Shown: positions 39,624 through 50,792, counted from the stretch's first letter. The stretch is DNA of 64,000 nucleotides from Candidatus Cloacimonadales bacterium (GCA_963662655.2 CAXXTU010000002.1:2752001-2816000); one strand, 5' to 3'. Translations and numbers: made by a program. Notes: generated by a model not told the origin, from the sequence alone.

Positions 39624-41276
39624 ATGAAAAGCAGGATTGCCTTATTCTTAATGATTGTTTTCATGTCGGTTATGTTATTCTCTGAGCCTGTGGATTCACT
39701 GGCGGCTTTGGGTAAATCGACGCCGGTGGTTGCACTTGTGGACAGCAGTGCGTTTGTCACAAGCAAAGATACGCTTTTCTGGCTGTACGGACCGGTGGGG
39801 TCGTTCACTTCAGCGGATCGTGTGAAGCAACTGGACAAGATGCTGAACAAGGAAATCCGCTGGAAGAAAAAGCCATTCATCAATTTGCAGACGATCGAGA
39901 AAGGCGACCGGCTTTATGTTGCGGACAGTACAAAGCTGCTGATTACGGTCACAAACACCGATGCCATATACAGCAGGATGGATCGCCATGAGCTGGCGGA
40001 CACGCTGATCAACATCCTGACCAGGAAGAACGAGGAATACCTGGGGCATTCGCGGATATACAGGATTGTAAAGGATATCCTGATTATCGTAGGTTTGTCG
40101 TTGCTCCTTGTTGTTTCGTTCTGGTGGATCATCAAGATGCTGCGGTTCGTTTTCCGCAAGATCAGGCTATTCCTGCAGCGTGAAAGCAACCGGTTCATCC
40201 GCAGTATTCGCTTGAAGAACATCGAGATACTCTCGGCAGAGCGCATGCGTCTTCTGATGCTCTACACCTTGAAGCTGATCAGTATTGTCGTTTACTTTGT
40301 GGTCAGTTATACATTTTTGACGACTTTCATCGCCCTTTTCCCGGGCACAAAGCCGATTACAGACAAGCTTTACTCCTTCATCCTGACTCCCCTGAAGATG
40401 ATCTGGGTGTCCTTCATCACGTTCATTCCCAACCTTTTCTTCATCCTGGTCATTCTGGCCGTGTTCCACTATTTGATGCGTCTCCTCAAGGTCCTTTCGA
40501 AGGAGATCGAGGCGGGAAACCTTAAGATACCCGGATTTTATCCGGACTGGGCAAGACAGACGTACCTTATTGTCCGCTTTCTCGGACTCGCGTTTGTCAT
40601 CGTAGTGATCTTCCCGTATCTTCCCGGGTCCAATTCACCGGCGTTCAAAGGGGTCTCCATTTTCCTGGGTATCTTGTTCTCACTAGGATCGTCGACGGCG
40701 ATTACCAATATGGTCGCGGGGCTTGTGATAACGTACATGCGGCCCTTTTCCGTGGGAGACTGGGTGAAGATCGGCTCCACGATGGGCATTGTCACGGAGA
40801 AGAATGTTCTCACCACAAGGCTGCGTACCCCGAAGAACGAAGAGATTTCCATCCCCAATTCGACGATCCTCACCAACCAGGTTCAGAACTACTCGTCTCT
40901 CAATTCAGAGATGGGATTGATCCTCTATACGACGATCACGATCGGATACGATGTCCCCTGGCGCAAGGTTCATCAACTGATGATCGATGCGGCGAAGAAG
41001 ACCGAGGGCGTCTCGAAGAAGAAGGAGCCGTTCGTTTTACAGAAGAGTCTGGACGATTTCTATATCAGCTACGAGCTCAACGCGTACGTCACCTCCCCGG
41101 GGAAGATGGCGGTTACCTACTCGAAGCTGCATCAGAATATTCAGGATTGCTTCAACGCCGAGGGCGTGGAGATCATGTCGCCGCACTATCGAGCCAATCG
41201 AAGTGGCGAGGCATCAACGGTGGTTCCGCCGGAAGCCGCGCAAGTGAAGATTCTGCCCGACAAAGTGGGCGAATAG
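39624..41276 (+). CDS. MscS-family mechanosensitive channel with periplasmic N-domain
   Basis: RPFSVGDWVKIG, SIPNS, ITIGYDVPW. Confidence 0.9.
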   Translation: MKSRIALFLMIVFMSVMLFSEPVDSLAALGKSTPVVALVDSSAFVTSKDTLFWLYGPVGSFTSADRVKQLDKMLNKEIRWKKKPFINLQTIEKGDRLYVADSTKLLITVTNTDAIYSRMDRHELADTLINILTRKNEEYLGHSRIYRIVKDILIIVGLSLLLVVSFWWIIKMLRFVFRKIRLFLQRESNRFIRSIRLKNIEILSAERMRLLMLYTLKLISIVVYFVVSYTFLTTFIALFPGTKPITDKLYSFILTPLKMIWVSFITFIPNLFFILVILAVFHYLMRLLKVLSKEIEAGNLKIPGFYPDWARQTYLIVRFLGLAFVIVVIFPYLPGSNSPAFKGVSIFLGILFSLGSSTAITNMVAGLVITYMRPFSVGDWVKIGSTMGIVTEKNVLTTRLRTPKNEEISIPNSTILTNQVQNYSSLNSEMGLILYTTITIGYDVPWRKVHQLMIDAAKKTEGVSKKKEPFVLQKSLDDFYISYELNAYVTSPGKMAVTYSKLHQNIQDCFNAEGVEIMSPHYRANRSGEASTVVPPEAAQVKILPDKVGE

Positions 41277-41388
41277 CCGTTGTCGCGTCATCTTGCCCCG
41301 ATCATGCCTTCATCGTGGATATAACACGCCTTTGGGCGTGTAACACCACGTCTCCGGCAATGATCGAACCAACCTGTTCACGACACCG

Positions 41389-43725
41389 CTATTCCGTACG
41401 CAGCGAGCTTGCGGGGTCTTGCATGGCGGCGTTCACGACCTTGATACCGAGCGTTGTGATCGCCACGACAAATACGGCCAGGATCGGCAGAGCGAAATCG
41501 TACCACTGCATCCTGATGTGGAACTGGAAGATATCGAGAAACTTCTGCGAGAAGAACCACGCCAGGGCGATCGCCGGTAGGATGGATATCCCGATCAGCG
41601 CCAGGAATTCTTTCATCAAAAGGTAGGAAGTCTGCATCACGGATGCGCCCAGAACTTTCCGGATTCCGATTTCTCTTGTACGTTGACGAACGATGAATGC
41701 ACTCAAACCGAACAATCCCATGCAGGAAATAAATGCGGCAAACACCGCGAACCAGATGACAATATTGCGTGATCTCTCGAATCCGCGATACTCGTCCCGG
41801 ATCATGGTATCGAGGAAATTGTAGGAGAAGGGAACGCCGGGTGCGACCTCCAGTGAAACGTTCCGGATGTGCTCGAGGGAGCCGGCGATATCGTCCGGCG
41901 CGATTTTCACCAGATAATAGCTCCGAAACCACTGAAGCTGGCAGATCAGCATGGGGAGGATGTCCTCCGTGACCGGCCGGTTATGGTAATCCTTGATAAC
42001 CCCGACAATCGTTCCTTCGCTTTCCCACATCGTGAATTTCTTTCCGATGGGATCATCCATGCCCATGAGCGATACGGCCTTTTCGTTGACGATGTACTCG
42101 ATGTCTGGAGAATACTTGGGTTTTTCGGAGAAGTTCCTGCCGGCAACAAGCTGCAGATTCATCACATCGAGATAATGATCGTCGGTCAGCAGGAAGTAGA
42201 AGATTGTCACATCGTCGCTGGGCTTCCCTTCCCAATCGACGGTATTGATATTCCACACGATGTTGGGAGGAGACGATATTTCCGTCATGTCGATAATGTT
42301 GGGATGCTCGACGAGTTTTTGCCTGAGCACGTCGATCTTGCTGTCGTATTCGTCGTGATAATCCAGGCATACGATAAGGTCCTGATTGAACCCGAGGTCC
42401 TTGGTGTGGATGTATTTGAACTGCCTAATGATGACGAACGAACAGATCAGCAGCGTTATCGTTGCGAAGAACTGGAAAACGAGAAGCGCTTTGCGAAACA
42501 GTTGATTGGGTTTCGAATTGGATCCGCCCTTCAGCACTGTGATGGAATCGATGGTCGAAAGGTAGATTGCCGGATAGAGGCCGGCGATCAACCCCGCGAA
42601 AAGTACGATGACCGGAACACTGAGGATCAGCACGGGATTGGTGTAGCGCATCGCGATACCGGAGCCGGCAAGCCGATTGAACAGTGGATAGGCAACCTCG
42701 ACGAGCAAGAGCGAAATCAAGATGGCGATCACCACCATGATCATCGCCTCCAGAACGAATTGCTGGATGATCTGTCCCCGAACGGCCCCAACTACCTTTC
42801 GGATACCGACTTCGCGCGAGCGGGTCAGCGCACGGGCCATGGCTAGATTGAGATAGTTGATGCAGGCGATCACCAGGATCGAAAGCCCGACGATGCTGAA
42901 GATGATGACGTAAATCAGGCTGGCAGGCCGATCGAGGGTATCGTAAAGGTGGATGCGAGAGAACGACTGGATCCCGACATCGTTGACATCGGCGTCTCTC
43001 GGGCTCAAATCACGTAGGGAGCTTTTGATTTTCGCTCTGAAATCCTCGATGTTCACCCCGGGCTCCAGCAGAATCATGCCTTCCAGTTCATAGCTCCAGC
43101 TATTGAGAACCCGCTCCCCGAGAATGCTCAGCGGGAATATGTAATCGAACTGGATGCTCGATTCACCGGGCGGGTCCTCCACGATACCGGTAACGCGATA
43201 GAGCTCTTCGTTATTGATCTGTAGCATCTTCCCGATCGGATCATCACCGGCAAACAGCTTTGTGGCTGTCGATTGCGTGATCATCACCGACAGAGGATCC
43301 TGCAGCGCTTCCTTGGGATCGCCTACCAGAAGGGGGAAGTCGAACAGGTTGAAAAATCCCGGATCGGTAAGGATGACGCGGTTTTCGTTGAATACAAGAT
43401 CGCCGTACGTAACGACTGTGTTTTCAGAACTTTGTAGGCGGGTTCCGTCGACGATTTCCGGAAAGGTTTTCATCATCTCGGGAACGAGGCGGTAGGGGAT
43501 GATATTGCTTGCCTGGCGCTCACCGTTCTCGGTTCCCTCCAGGTGCACCTGATAAAGTCGGGGAAGACTCTTGTGAAATCGATCGAAGCGCAGCTCGCGC
43601 TGTACCCATAACATCAGCAGGAGGCTAACGGATATCCCGATTGAGAGTCCGGCCAGGTTCAGAAGGGAAAAACCGGGGTGGCGAAGCAGGTTACGAATCG
43701 CAGTTTTCAGATAGTTCTTCCACAC
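41389..43725 (-). CDS. MacB/FtsX-like ABC permease (duplicated)
   Basis: GTG start with AGGAG; NYLKTAIRNL, REVGIRKVVGA, REIGIRKVLGA. Confidence 0.9.
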   Translation of the reverse strand: MWKNYLKTAIRNLLRHPGFSLLNLAGLSIGISVSLLLMLWVQRELRFDRFHKSLPRLYQVHLEGTENGERQASNIIPYRLVPEMMKTFPEIVDGTRLQSSENTVVTYGDLVFNENRVILTDPGFFNLFDFPLLVGDPKEALQDPLSVMITQSTATKLFAGDDPIGKMLQINNEELYRVTGIVEDPPGESSIQFDYIFPLSILGERVLNSWSYELEGMILLEPGVNIEDFRAKIKSSLRDLSPRDADVNDVGIQSFSRIHLYDTLDRPASLIYVIIFSIVGLSILVIACINYLNLAMARALTRSREVGIRKVVGAVRGQIIQQFVLEAMIMVVIAILISLLLVEVAYPLFNRLAGSGIAMRYTNPVLILSVPVIVLFAGLIAGLYPAIYLSTIDSITVLKGGSNSKPNQLFRKALLVFQFFATITLLICSFVIIRQFKYIHTKDLGFNQDLIVCLDYHDEYDSKIDVLRQKLVEHPNIIDMTEISSPPNIVWNINTVDWEGKPSDDVTIFYFLLTDDHYLDVMNLQLVAGRNFSEKPKYSPDIEYIVNEKAVSLMGMDDPIGKKFTMWESEGTIVGVIKDYHNRPVTEDILPMLICQLQWFRSYYLVKIAPDDIAGSLEHIRNVSLEVAPGVPFSYNFLDTMIRDEYRGFERSRNIVIWFAVFAAFISCMGLFGLSAFIVRQRTREIGIRKVLGASVMQTSYLLMKEFLALIGISILPAIALAWFFSQKFLDIFQFHIRMQWYDFALPILAVFVVAITTLGIKVVNAAMQDPASSLRTE

Positions 43726-43873
43726 ATTCAACTCCTGTAATTTATGTTTTTCATATCCAAATAAGCGTACTTGTTTCCCGTACCTCTTCGCCGGTAAACC
43801 TCTCAAAGAGCTACCGGGAGGCGTACATCGAACCTGTACTGCACCTGCAAGATCGATGCCATTCTGTTGATAT

Positions 43874-45073
43874 CTAGAAATGAATGTGCGTGTAGAGCAC
43901 CTCTTTCGGGAACCATGATTCCAGAATCTGCATGGCTTCTTTACCCGCTTTCTGGATCATGCCGCGGTAGAGAATCTCCCCGGGGTCCATCGCCCCGTAG
44001 ACCAGGCTGGAGAGTCCGCGTATGTCCATCTCGACATCCGCAAACACCCGCGTGGGTTTCGCGTGGAGCTTTTCACCGTCCGATACAACTTCCCAAGTAC
44101 CGTTGTTCCATTCGCAGAGGGGATCAGTGACCTCAATTTTAAGGCTGCCTTCGCGCGTAGCAGGGAGATCGTTCAACGCCCCCGCGACATCCATCACGCG
44201 TACCATCCAGGGATTAAATCCCGCTTTCGGCGTTATCAGCATGCCGGAATCGACGAACCATTCGTAGATGTTGAAGCCTTGCGGTAACTGAATCCAAAGC
44301 TCGCCCACCTGCTCGAAGTGCCGCGAGAAGAAATGGAGGATCGCGTCGCGCGCCTGGCGATCGCTATAGAGGAAATCCTCGACATCGAGCCGCGTCTTTC
44401 GTTCGTGCTCAACAGCTTTCTTGGTGTAGATCGCCGAGGCGCGGATTCCACTCCGGTCTCTCGCGATAATCACCAGCCGGTCTTTTCTGACTTCTTCCAG
44501 AAAGCCATTATGGATTTCTCGGGGGCTCACGTATCCGTTGTGCATTTTGAACCCCTGCTTGTGGGCGTAATCGAGGAACTCGGTCCAGTCGGAGCTGCTA
44601 TCGAGCATCTGGTATTGGAGGTCGCCCATGTTATCAAAATCGAGGTAGTGACGCACTGCGCGCATGTTGACTTCCACCCGCATGGTTTGCCAGGTCCCCA
44701 CGTAGCCGAACATCTCGTAGTAGGTGCGCTTGAACGGCGAGAGCATACTCACGGGAATATTCAGCTCCCGCATCTCATCGAAAACCACCTCGAAAAGCTT
44801 GCGGATGTGTCCCTTGCGACGGTGGATCGGGTTGGTAATGACTGCCCCGATTCCGCCCATTCTCTTGGGAACGCCCCGCACCGACTGCACAAGCCGGTGG
44901 TTTACCATCCCCGATTCGATTTTCCCGTCCAGGAAGATCGCCCAGGTGTGATCGTGCAGGAACCAGATAAATTCGTGTTCTTTGACTTCTCCGTCGTGCC
45001 AGTTGCCGAACGCATAGCGGCATAGCTTGTAGTATTCTTTTCTTTCTTCAGAAGTAATCTTGCGGATTTCCAT
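43874..45073 (-). CDS. Eis-like GNAT acetyltransferase
   Basis: GIGAV..P.HRRKG, YYEMFGY, RVMDVAGAL, SCP2-like C-terminus ending in F. Confidence 0.85.
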   Translation of the reverse strand: MEIRKITSEERKEYYKLCRYAFGNWHDGEVKEHEFIWFLHDHTWAIFLDGKIESGMVNHRLVQSVRGVPKRMGGIGAVITNPIHRRKGHIRKLFEVVFDEMRELNIPVSMLSPFKRTYYEMFGYVGTWQTMRVEVNMRAVRHYLDFDNMGDLQYQMLDSSSDWTEFLDYAHKQGFKMHNGYVSPREIHNGFLEEVRKDRLVIIARDRSGIRASAIYTKKAVEHERKTRLDVEDFLYSDRQARDAILHFFSRHFEQVGELWIQLPQGFNIYEWFVDSGMLITPKAGFNPWMVRVMDVAGALNDLPATREGSLKIEVTDPLCEWNNGTWEVVSDGEKLHAKPTRVFADVEMDIRGLSSLVYGAMDPGEILYRGMIQKAGKEAMQILESWFPKEVLYTHIHF

Positions 45074-45084
45074 TGCAGCCTCCA

Positions 45085-45747
45085 TCAGTTATAGCGTTTC
45101 GCGATGAACAGGAAAAGGGAATATAGGATTGGCATTGCCAGAACAAAGACGATAACGACGTTCATGAAACCGATGCGGGGATCGATAAACTGTTGCAACG
45201 TGCCGGAGACGATGAACAAGACGCCCCCGCCGGTGTAACACCAGCCCATGAACCGCGAGACGCGCTCCCAGTAGTCCTTCCACCTGTCGTAGCGCCGGGG
45301 ATCGATGGGGATGGTGGTGACGAAGGGCATGGTGGGCAGGATTCGGCCAATGGCGATGAACAGCGCTCCCACCAGGATCCCCATCACCAGGGGAATATAA
45401 CCGAAGCCGGGGTGAATGGCCAGCATCAAGGTAAAGAGATGAAAGCAGGCGAAAAAGGGTATCAGGATATTCGCCATGAGCGGCATGATGTGCAGCGCTT
45501 CCCGGTATTTCCGGTTCTTCTTGGCGAGTTGCGCGGGAAGGAAGGCGAACATGAGCAGGAGGAAGATGTTCAGTCCCAGGAAGAGATAAACGCCTTCGGA
45601 CTTGCCGGCGTAGCGATCGATTTCCCCAAAAATGTTCCAGTGGGCGGGGATACGCGCGTCGTCCGGCAGCGCCGCGCCGATATACAGCGCAACGGCAACC
45701 TGCACGACGATCGCGATGATGCTGATGCGATACATGCCCCATTTCAT
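45085..45747 (-). CDS. DUF1648/SdpI-like membrane protein
   Basis: LPDDARIPAHWNIFGEIDRY; WERVSRF.G. Confidence 0.75.
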   Translation of the reverse strand: MKWGMYRISIIAIVVQVAVALYIGAALPDDARIPAHWNIFGEIDRYAGKSEGVYLFLGLNIFLLLMFAFLPAQLAKKNRKYREALHIMPLMANILIPFFACFHLFTLMLAIHPGFGYIPLVMGILVGALFIAIGRILPTMPFVTTIPIDPRRYDRWKDYWERVSRFMGWCYTGGGVLFIVSGTLQQFIDPRIGFMNVVIVFVLAMPILYSLFLFIAKRYN

Positions 45748-45953
45748 AGACGACCTCCTCTGATTACGCCTTAACAAGGCCACGCGCATTGTTTTCTGTC
45801 AATGATTTAATGCTGCCAAGCGCGTATTTGACACCGCCTGTCACAATAATCCCGCAGCATAACATCCCGTCACCCGAACCGCCCAAAAGTAAAAGAATTG
45901 ACACAATTAACCATCGGATCCATACCTTGCGCATCCACATCCTGGAGGTTTTT

Positions 45954-47087
45954 ATGCGATATTTCTGGCTGGTTCTTCTCGTGATTATCCTTTCGACCAT
46001 TAGCGCCGTACCCAATGCAAACACCCTGCGTGTCCCCGTTCAGATTGATAGCCAGACGGTGATAATACAAGTGATTATGCCTGCCGATACGACAGTATCC
46101 GCGCCTGCGCCCACAACCGGATTATCCATAAAAGATGTAGAGAAGATTATCGAGATGAGCGGTGAGTATGGAAGGAGCAGGATGGAGTGGTTGGATAAGT
46201 TTTTGACTGCCTTAGGAGTGCTGTTGGCAGGTGTGTCTGTCATCGTAGTCGTTTTTATTGCAACGGGATGGGTTAATCGAAAGGAGATGAAGGAGGAGGT
46301 TGGAGAGATCAAAAAGGACGCTTTGGATTTAAAAAGAAAGCTTGAAGAGGATGTGGAAAGAGTAAAGAAAGAGTTCGGTAGTAGTAAAAGACAATACGAT
46401 ATGATGAAGGCGCGAACGGAAGACAAGATACAAGAATTCCGCCAAAAAGTGGAAGGCATTGCCCTGAATCTTGATAAAATTGATGACGAAATGACAGTTC
46501 TGAACGAGAAGCAGAAGTATGAAATGGAGGAGTACATCAGAGTCACGGAATTGCTTTGTTTGTTTGGTGATGAGCTGAAAGATGAAGAGTATTATTATCG
46601 CTGGAAGGCATTCATGCTTTTACAGAAATACTACTATGCAATTGAGGAAGTTGATTGTCGTTTGAAGACAGATAGTACACAACAAGACTGGCTTGAACGA
46701 GGTGCTATTGCAGCATTCGGAGCAGGAGAATATTCGCAGTCCTTGCAATATTCCGCGAGACTTATCGAGCAATATCCACAGAGTGTCATTTCATGGTACA
46801 ACAAGGGTGTTGTCTTGGATAAACTCGGTCGTTCTGAAGAAGCTCTCGCAGCATTTAATGAAGCGCTCAGGATTGATCCTAAGTTTACAGATTCATGGTT
46901 CAATAAAGCCTGCGCCTTATCCTTTCTCAAACGCAAAGACGAAATGCTTGAAAGTCTGAAGAAAGCAATTGAACTCGACGGAAATCATCGAAAACAAGCC
47001 CGAGAGGACGAAGACTTCAAAGCCTACTGGGACGATCCCGACTTCATCGCACTGACGAAGGACGACGACGAAGAGAAAAAGGAATAA
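45954..47087 (+). CDS. Membrane-anchored coiled-coil TPR protein
   Basis: Signal peptide, TM, coiled coil, WYNKGVVL..LGR.EEAL, WFNKAC, AREDEDF. Confidence 0.75.
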   Translation: MRYFWLVLLVIILSTISAVPNANTLRVPVQIDSQTVIIQVIMPADTTVSAPAPTTGLSIKDVEKIIEMSGEYGRSRMEWLDKFLTALGVLLAGVSVIVVVFIATGWVNRKEMKEEVGEIKKDALDLKRKLEEDVERVKKEFGSSKRQYDMMKARTEDKIQEFRQKVEGIALNLDKIDDEMTVLNEKQKYEMEEYIRVTELLCLFGDELKDEEYYYRWKAFMLLQKYYYAIEEVDCRLKTDSTQQDWLERGAIAAFGAGEYSQSLQYSARLIEQYPQSVISWYNKGVVLDKLGRSEEALAAFNEALRIDPKFTDSWFNKACALSFLKRKDEMLESLKKAIELDGNHRKQAREDEDFKAYWDDPDFIALTKDDDEEKKE

Positions 47088-47133
47088 CCCCCCTTTATCC
47101 CCCCTTGATAAGGGGGTGAGAGAAGAGAATATG

Positions 47134-47165
47134 AAAACCTCCACGGGTTGCCCCGCGGAGGTTTC
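47134..47165. terminator. Bidirectional terminator between convergent genes
   Basis: AAAACCTCCACGGG-TTGC-CCCGCGGAGGTTTC. Confidence 0.65.
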
Positions 47166-47186
47166 AATGTATTCAGCGATGGACGC

Positions 47187-48335
47187 TTAGAATTCCTTGA
47201 GCAGGTTCGCGGCGATGATGGAGCGCTGCACCTGGTTGGTGCCCTCGTAGATCTGGGTGATCTTGGCGTCGCGCATCATCTTCTCGACCGGGTATTCCTT
47301 CATGTAGCCGTATCCGCCGAGAATCTGCACAGCATCCACGGTAACCTTCATGGCCACGTCGGACGCAAAAGTCTTGCACATGGCGGATTCCTTGCTGAAC
47401 TTCTTGCAGCCGGAATCGATCATGCGGCTTGTGGCGTACACCAGCGCGCGCGCGGCTTCGATCTGCGTCGCCATATCGGCCAGCATAAACTGGATGGCCT
47501 GGAAGCTTGAGATCGGCTTGCCGAACTGCTTGCGCTCTTTCGAGTACTTCGCGGCTTCCTCGTACGCGCCCTGTGCGATACCCACGGCCTGCGATCCCAC
47601 CATCGGGCGGGACTTGTCGAAGGTCTTCATCGCGATCATGAATCCCTGACCTTCCTTGCCGATCAGGTTTTCCTTCGGTACGCGGCAGTCTTCGAAGACC
47701 AGCTCGCGGGTCGCGGATGCGCGGATACCCATCTTGTCTTCCTTCTTACCGAAGCTGAATCCCGGGGTTCCCTTCTCCACGATGATGCAGGAAGCGCCAC
47801 GAGCGCCCTTGGCCTTGTCGGTAAGCGCGAAAACGGTGTAGATGTCCGCCTCGCCGCCGTTGGTGATCCACTGCTTGGTGCCGTTGATCACGTAGTGGTC
47901 GCCATCGAGTATCGCGGTGGTCTCAATACCGCCGGCGTCTGAGCCTGCGTTGGCTTCGGTGAGGCCGAACGCGCAAAGGCGGGTACCTTCGGCCACGTCG
48001 GGCAGGTACTTCTGCTTCTGCTCTTCGGAACCGCTGATGAGGATCGGGTACATCCCCAGTCCGGTCGCGCCGAATCCGAGCGCCGAGCCTGCGTCAACGC
48101 GACTGAGCTCTTCCGTCACGATGGAGAGGTCGAGAACCTTACCGCTGATTCCGCCGTACTCTTCCGGTACGAGGATGGCAAAAAGGTCGGTTTGGGCGAT
48201 CGCCTTCACGACGTCCCATGAAAATTCGTTATTCTCGTCAAGGTGCTGACGAATGGGTTTCAGTTTTTCTTCTGCAACTTTGCGAGCGATCTCTTTGATC
48301 TCGAGCTGCTCATCGGTCAAAAAATAATCCATCAT
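47187..48335 (-). CDS. Acyl-CoA (butyryl-CoA-type) dehydrogenase
   Basis: FGLTEANAGSDA, NGTKQWITNG, GGYGY, QIYEGTNQVQR. Confidence 0.95.
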   Translation of the reverse strand: MMDYFLTDEQLEIKEIARKVAEEKLKPIRQHLDENNEFSWDVVKAIAQTDLFAILVPEEYGGISGKVLDLSIVTEELSRVDAGSALGFGATGLGMYPILISGSEEQKQKYLPDVAEGTRLCAFGLTEANAGSDAGGIETTAILDGDHYVINGTKQWITNGGEADIYTVFALTDKAKGARGASCIIVEKGTPGFSFGKKEDKMGIRASATRELVFEDCRVPKENLIGKEGQGFMIAMKTFDKSRPMVGSQAVGIAQGAYEEAAKYSKERKQFGKPISSFQAIQFMLADMATQIEAARALVYATSRMIDSGCKKFSKESAMCKTFASDVAMKVTVDAVQILGGYGYMKEYPVEKMMRDAKITQIYEGTNQVQRSIIAANLLKEF

Positions 48336-48581
48336 TCCTCCAATGAAAGCATATTTCTCATTTTCAATCCATTTTTATGAACGATCTTTTTTCCGCAAGA
48401 TTTTTATCGTGCGGAATATTTCCATCGCCGATTATATTGTTGTAGATTGCGTAGATACATTGTGATAGCGTGGGATAATCATTTTGATGATCGGTATTCA
48501 TAATTAATTGAAAATTATTGCTTGCCTGAAAAGGATGGCCTGCAAATGGTTGATCGCCGGGAAAAAGCTAAGGAAAGACAC

Positions 48582-50690
48582 ATGAAGAAGTTGATACTTT
48601 TTGCACTACTTGCAATTATGATCGTTGGCCTTCCGGCATTGAACCGAGAGTTCGCGCTATACAATCTCGAAGACTGGATACGAACCGATAACTCGAAACT
48701 CATTTCGACACGCCACCTGCTCGATGTTGCCGGAGTACCCTATACGGAGTTCTCTTCACTCGAGGAGTGCGTTGGCTACCAGTATATCATTTTCTCTTCC
48801 CGCATTTCATCAACCAGCCTGAGCAGTGCCGATACAAGCTTGCTCGAAAGCTATGTCCAGCAGGGAGGGATCGTTATCGCACCGCGCATGCAGGACCCGG
48901 ATTTGTACGGCGTTTTCGGTATTGGCGGCTATTCTCAGCTGAATAACCGCCGTCGTCTTACATGGCAGACAAACACGCCGGGTTACGATATGCTGGACGA
49001 TCCACTCGAACAGGAAATCAGCCTGGGGAGCAACTCGTACGAAGAAGTCATCTCAACGACAGACTTTCAGGTCACGACCGGCGAGACCTTCGCCCTCTAC
49101 GAAGATGGGGCAAATGCGGCAGTCAGGAATAGCTACGGAAGCGGTTTTGCATACACGTTGGGCGTCAGCTTCAAAGACGTAGTTCTGATGAACCAACTGG
49201 ATAAGGATTACAATGCGAACCGCACCTACTCAAACGGGTTTGAACCGACTTCCGATACCTTCTTCTTCGTGATACGCGGTATCTATCAGCTTCACACACC
49301 GTTTGGCGTATGGAAATACACGATTCCGGGCGAGAAACGTTCCGCCATGCTGATTACGCACGATGTCGACAGCCAGACAGCCATGGACTGGTGTGTCGAG
49401 TTCGCCCAAATGGAAAGGCTGAACGATGTTTCTTCAACTTACAACGTCACGACCAGATACTTCAGCGACTACTATATCGGTAACATGTGGATTCCGGAGA
49501 ACCTTGACGAGCTGAACCAACTCGCGTCATACGATCACATGATCGGCTCGCACTCCGTTACGCACGCGCCGGATTTCTCCAGTACGCGCTATTTCCCCGT
49601 CGGTTCCGCAGGAAACGACACGATCAATTACCGACCCCACTACGATGGAGAACACACAGCGGGTGGTACGGTTTATGGAGAACTGGAAGTATCCCGGGAT
49701 TTGCTCGTGCAAGAGCTCGGTGCCAATGTAATGGGATTCCGCAGCGGGCATCTGGCGTTCAACCCGATGCAATGCAACGTGCTGGACTCCCTCGGCTACC
49801 TCTTCGATTCCTCAATGAGCGCGAACGACGTTCTGACCAACTTTCCCTACTTCATGACCTACGACCAGTCGTACAACGGAGCGCTATCGAATATCCTGGA
49901 GTTGCCCATGACCATCTCCGATGTTGGCTGGGACGAAGAGACGCAGCAGGAAATGTATGAGATGTGGGTCGATATCACCGCAAGGAACGCTCGAAACTAC
50001 GCTCCCACGAACCTCCTGATTCACCCGAATCGAGAATGGAAACTCGAGCGCGAGCGGATGCTCATCGAAAACATGTCCGATGATATCCTTTTTATAACCA
50101 TGGAGGATTACGGCGATTTCTGGCGCCAGAGGCATCAGATCGATTTCAGCAGCTACATGCTCGGCGATACTCTGCTGATCGTGTTCGATTCGGAATTACC
50201 GGAGCGAAACGACCTCTCGTTTGTCATTACAGACGGAATGTCCCTTTCCCACGTTTCGCTGCAAACGTCCATTGGCGAGTTGATTGACTTCACGAGAATT
50301 TATAACCCCAACGGCGATCTTCAGTTAATCGTCGATCCATTCTCCGTTCATGCGCCACAAGCGTTTGCGATCCCGGAGAATGTTACAATCCAGCAGATCA
50401 ATGACGATGTGAAACTTACCTGGGACCCGGTTACAACGACGATTGAAGGCGAACCGGCTGTTCCCGACTACTATCTGGTGTTCTACAGTGAGTATCCCGA
50501 TAACGACGACCTCTTCTTCTATCACGGCTACACGACCGCCGCGCAGTATTTCCACTATGGAGTGCTTCAGTTTGCCGACAGCATGTACTACCGTGTCGTC
50601 GCATACAAGCGTCCCCCCCGAAGCCGGCGTAATGTGCCCGGAGACCTGATTCCGGGAGAAACAAGCCTGACGCGATTCCTCGATCGCTGA
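48582..50690 (+). CDS. Secreted polysaccharide deacetylase-like protein with C-terminal FN3-like domain
   Basis: Signal peptide; ITHDVD, GSHSVTH, GFRSGHL, FDSS, ILELPMT. Confidence 0.7.
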   Translation: MKKLILFALLAIMIVGLPALNREFALYNLEDWIRTDNSKLISTRHLLDVAGVPYTEFSSLEECVGYQYIIFSSRISSTSLSSADTSLLESYVQQGGIVIAPRMQDPDLYGVFGIGGYSQLNNRRRLTWQTNTPGYDMLDDPLEQEISLGSNSYEEVISTTDFQVTTGETFALYEDGANAAVRNSYGSGFAYTLGVSFKDVVLMNQLDKDYNANRTYSNGFEPTSDTFFFVIRGIYQLHTPFGVWKYTIPGEKRSAMLITHDVDSQTAMDWCVEFAQMERLNDVSSTYNVTTRYFSDYYIGNMWIPENLDELNQLASYDHMIGSHSVTHAPDFSSTRYFPVGSAGNDTINYRPHYDGEHTAGGTVYGELEVSRDLLVQELGANVMGFRSGHLAFNPMQCNVLDSLGYLFDSSMSANDVLTNFPYFMTYDQSYNGALSNILELPMTISDVGWDEETQQEMYEMWVDITARNARNYAPTNLLIHPNREWKLERERMLIENMSDDILFITMEDYGDFWRQRHQIDFSSYMLGDTLLIVFDSELPERNDLSFVITDGMSLSHVSLQTSIGELIDFTRIYNPNGDLQLIVDPFSVHAPQAFAIPENVTIQQINDDVKLTWDPVTTTIEGEPAVPDYYLVFYSEYPDNDDLFFYHGYTTAAQYFHYGVLQFADSMYYRVVAYKRPPRSRRNVPGDLIPGETSLTRFLDR

Positions 50691-50792
50691 TCCTCCCTCC
50701 TCTTTGGCAGCGGTTTTGCATGAAGATCATTCAGTGAATCTTTGTGGAACATCCGATATGTCATAAGCTTGCTCAGCTTGTAGGAGAAGGGT

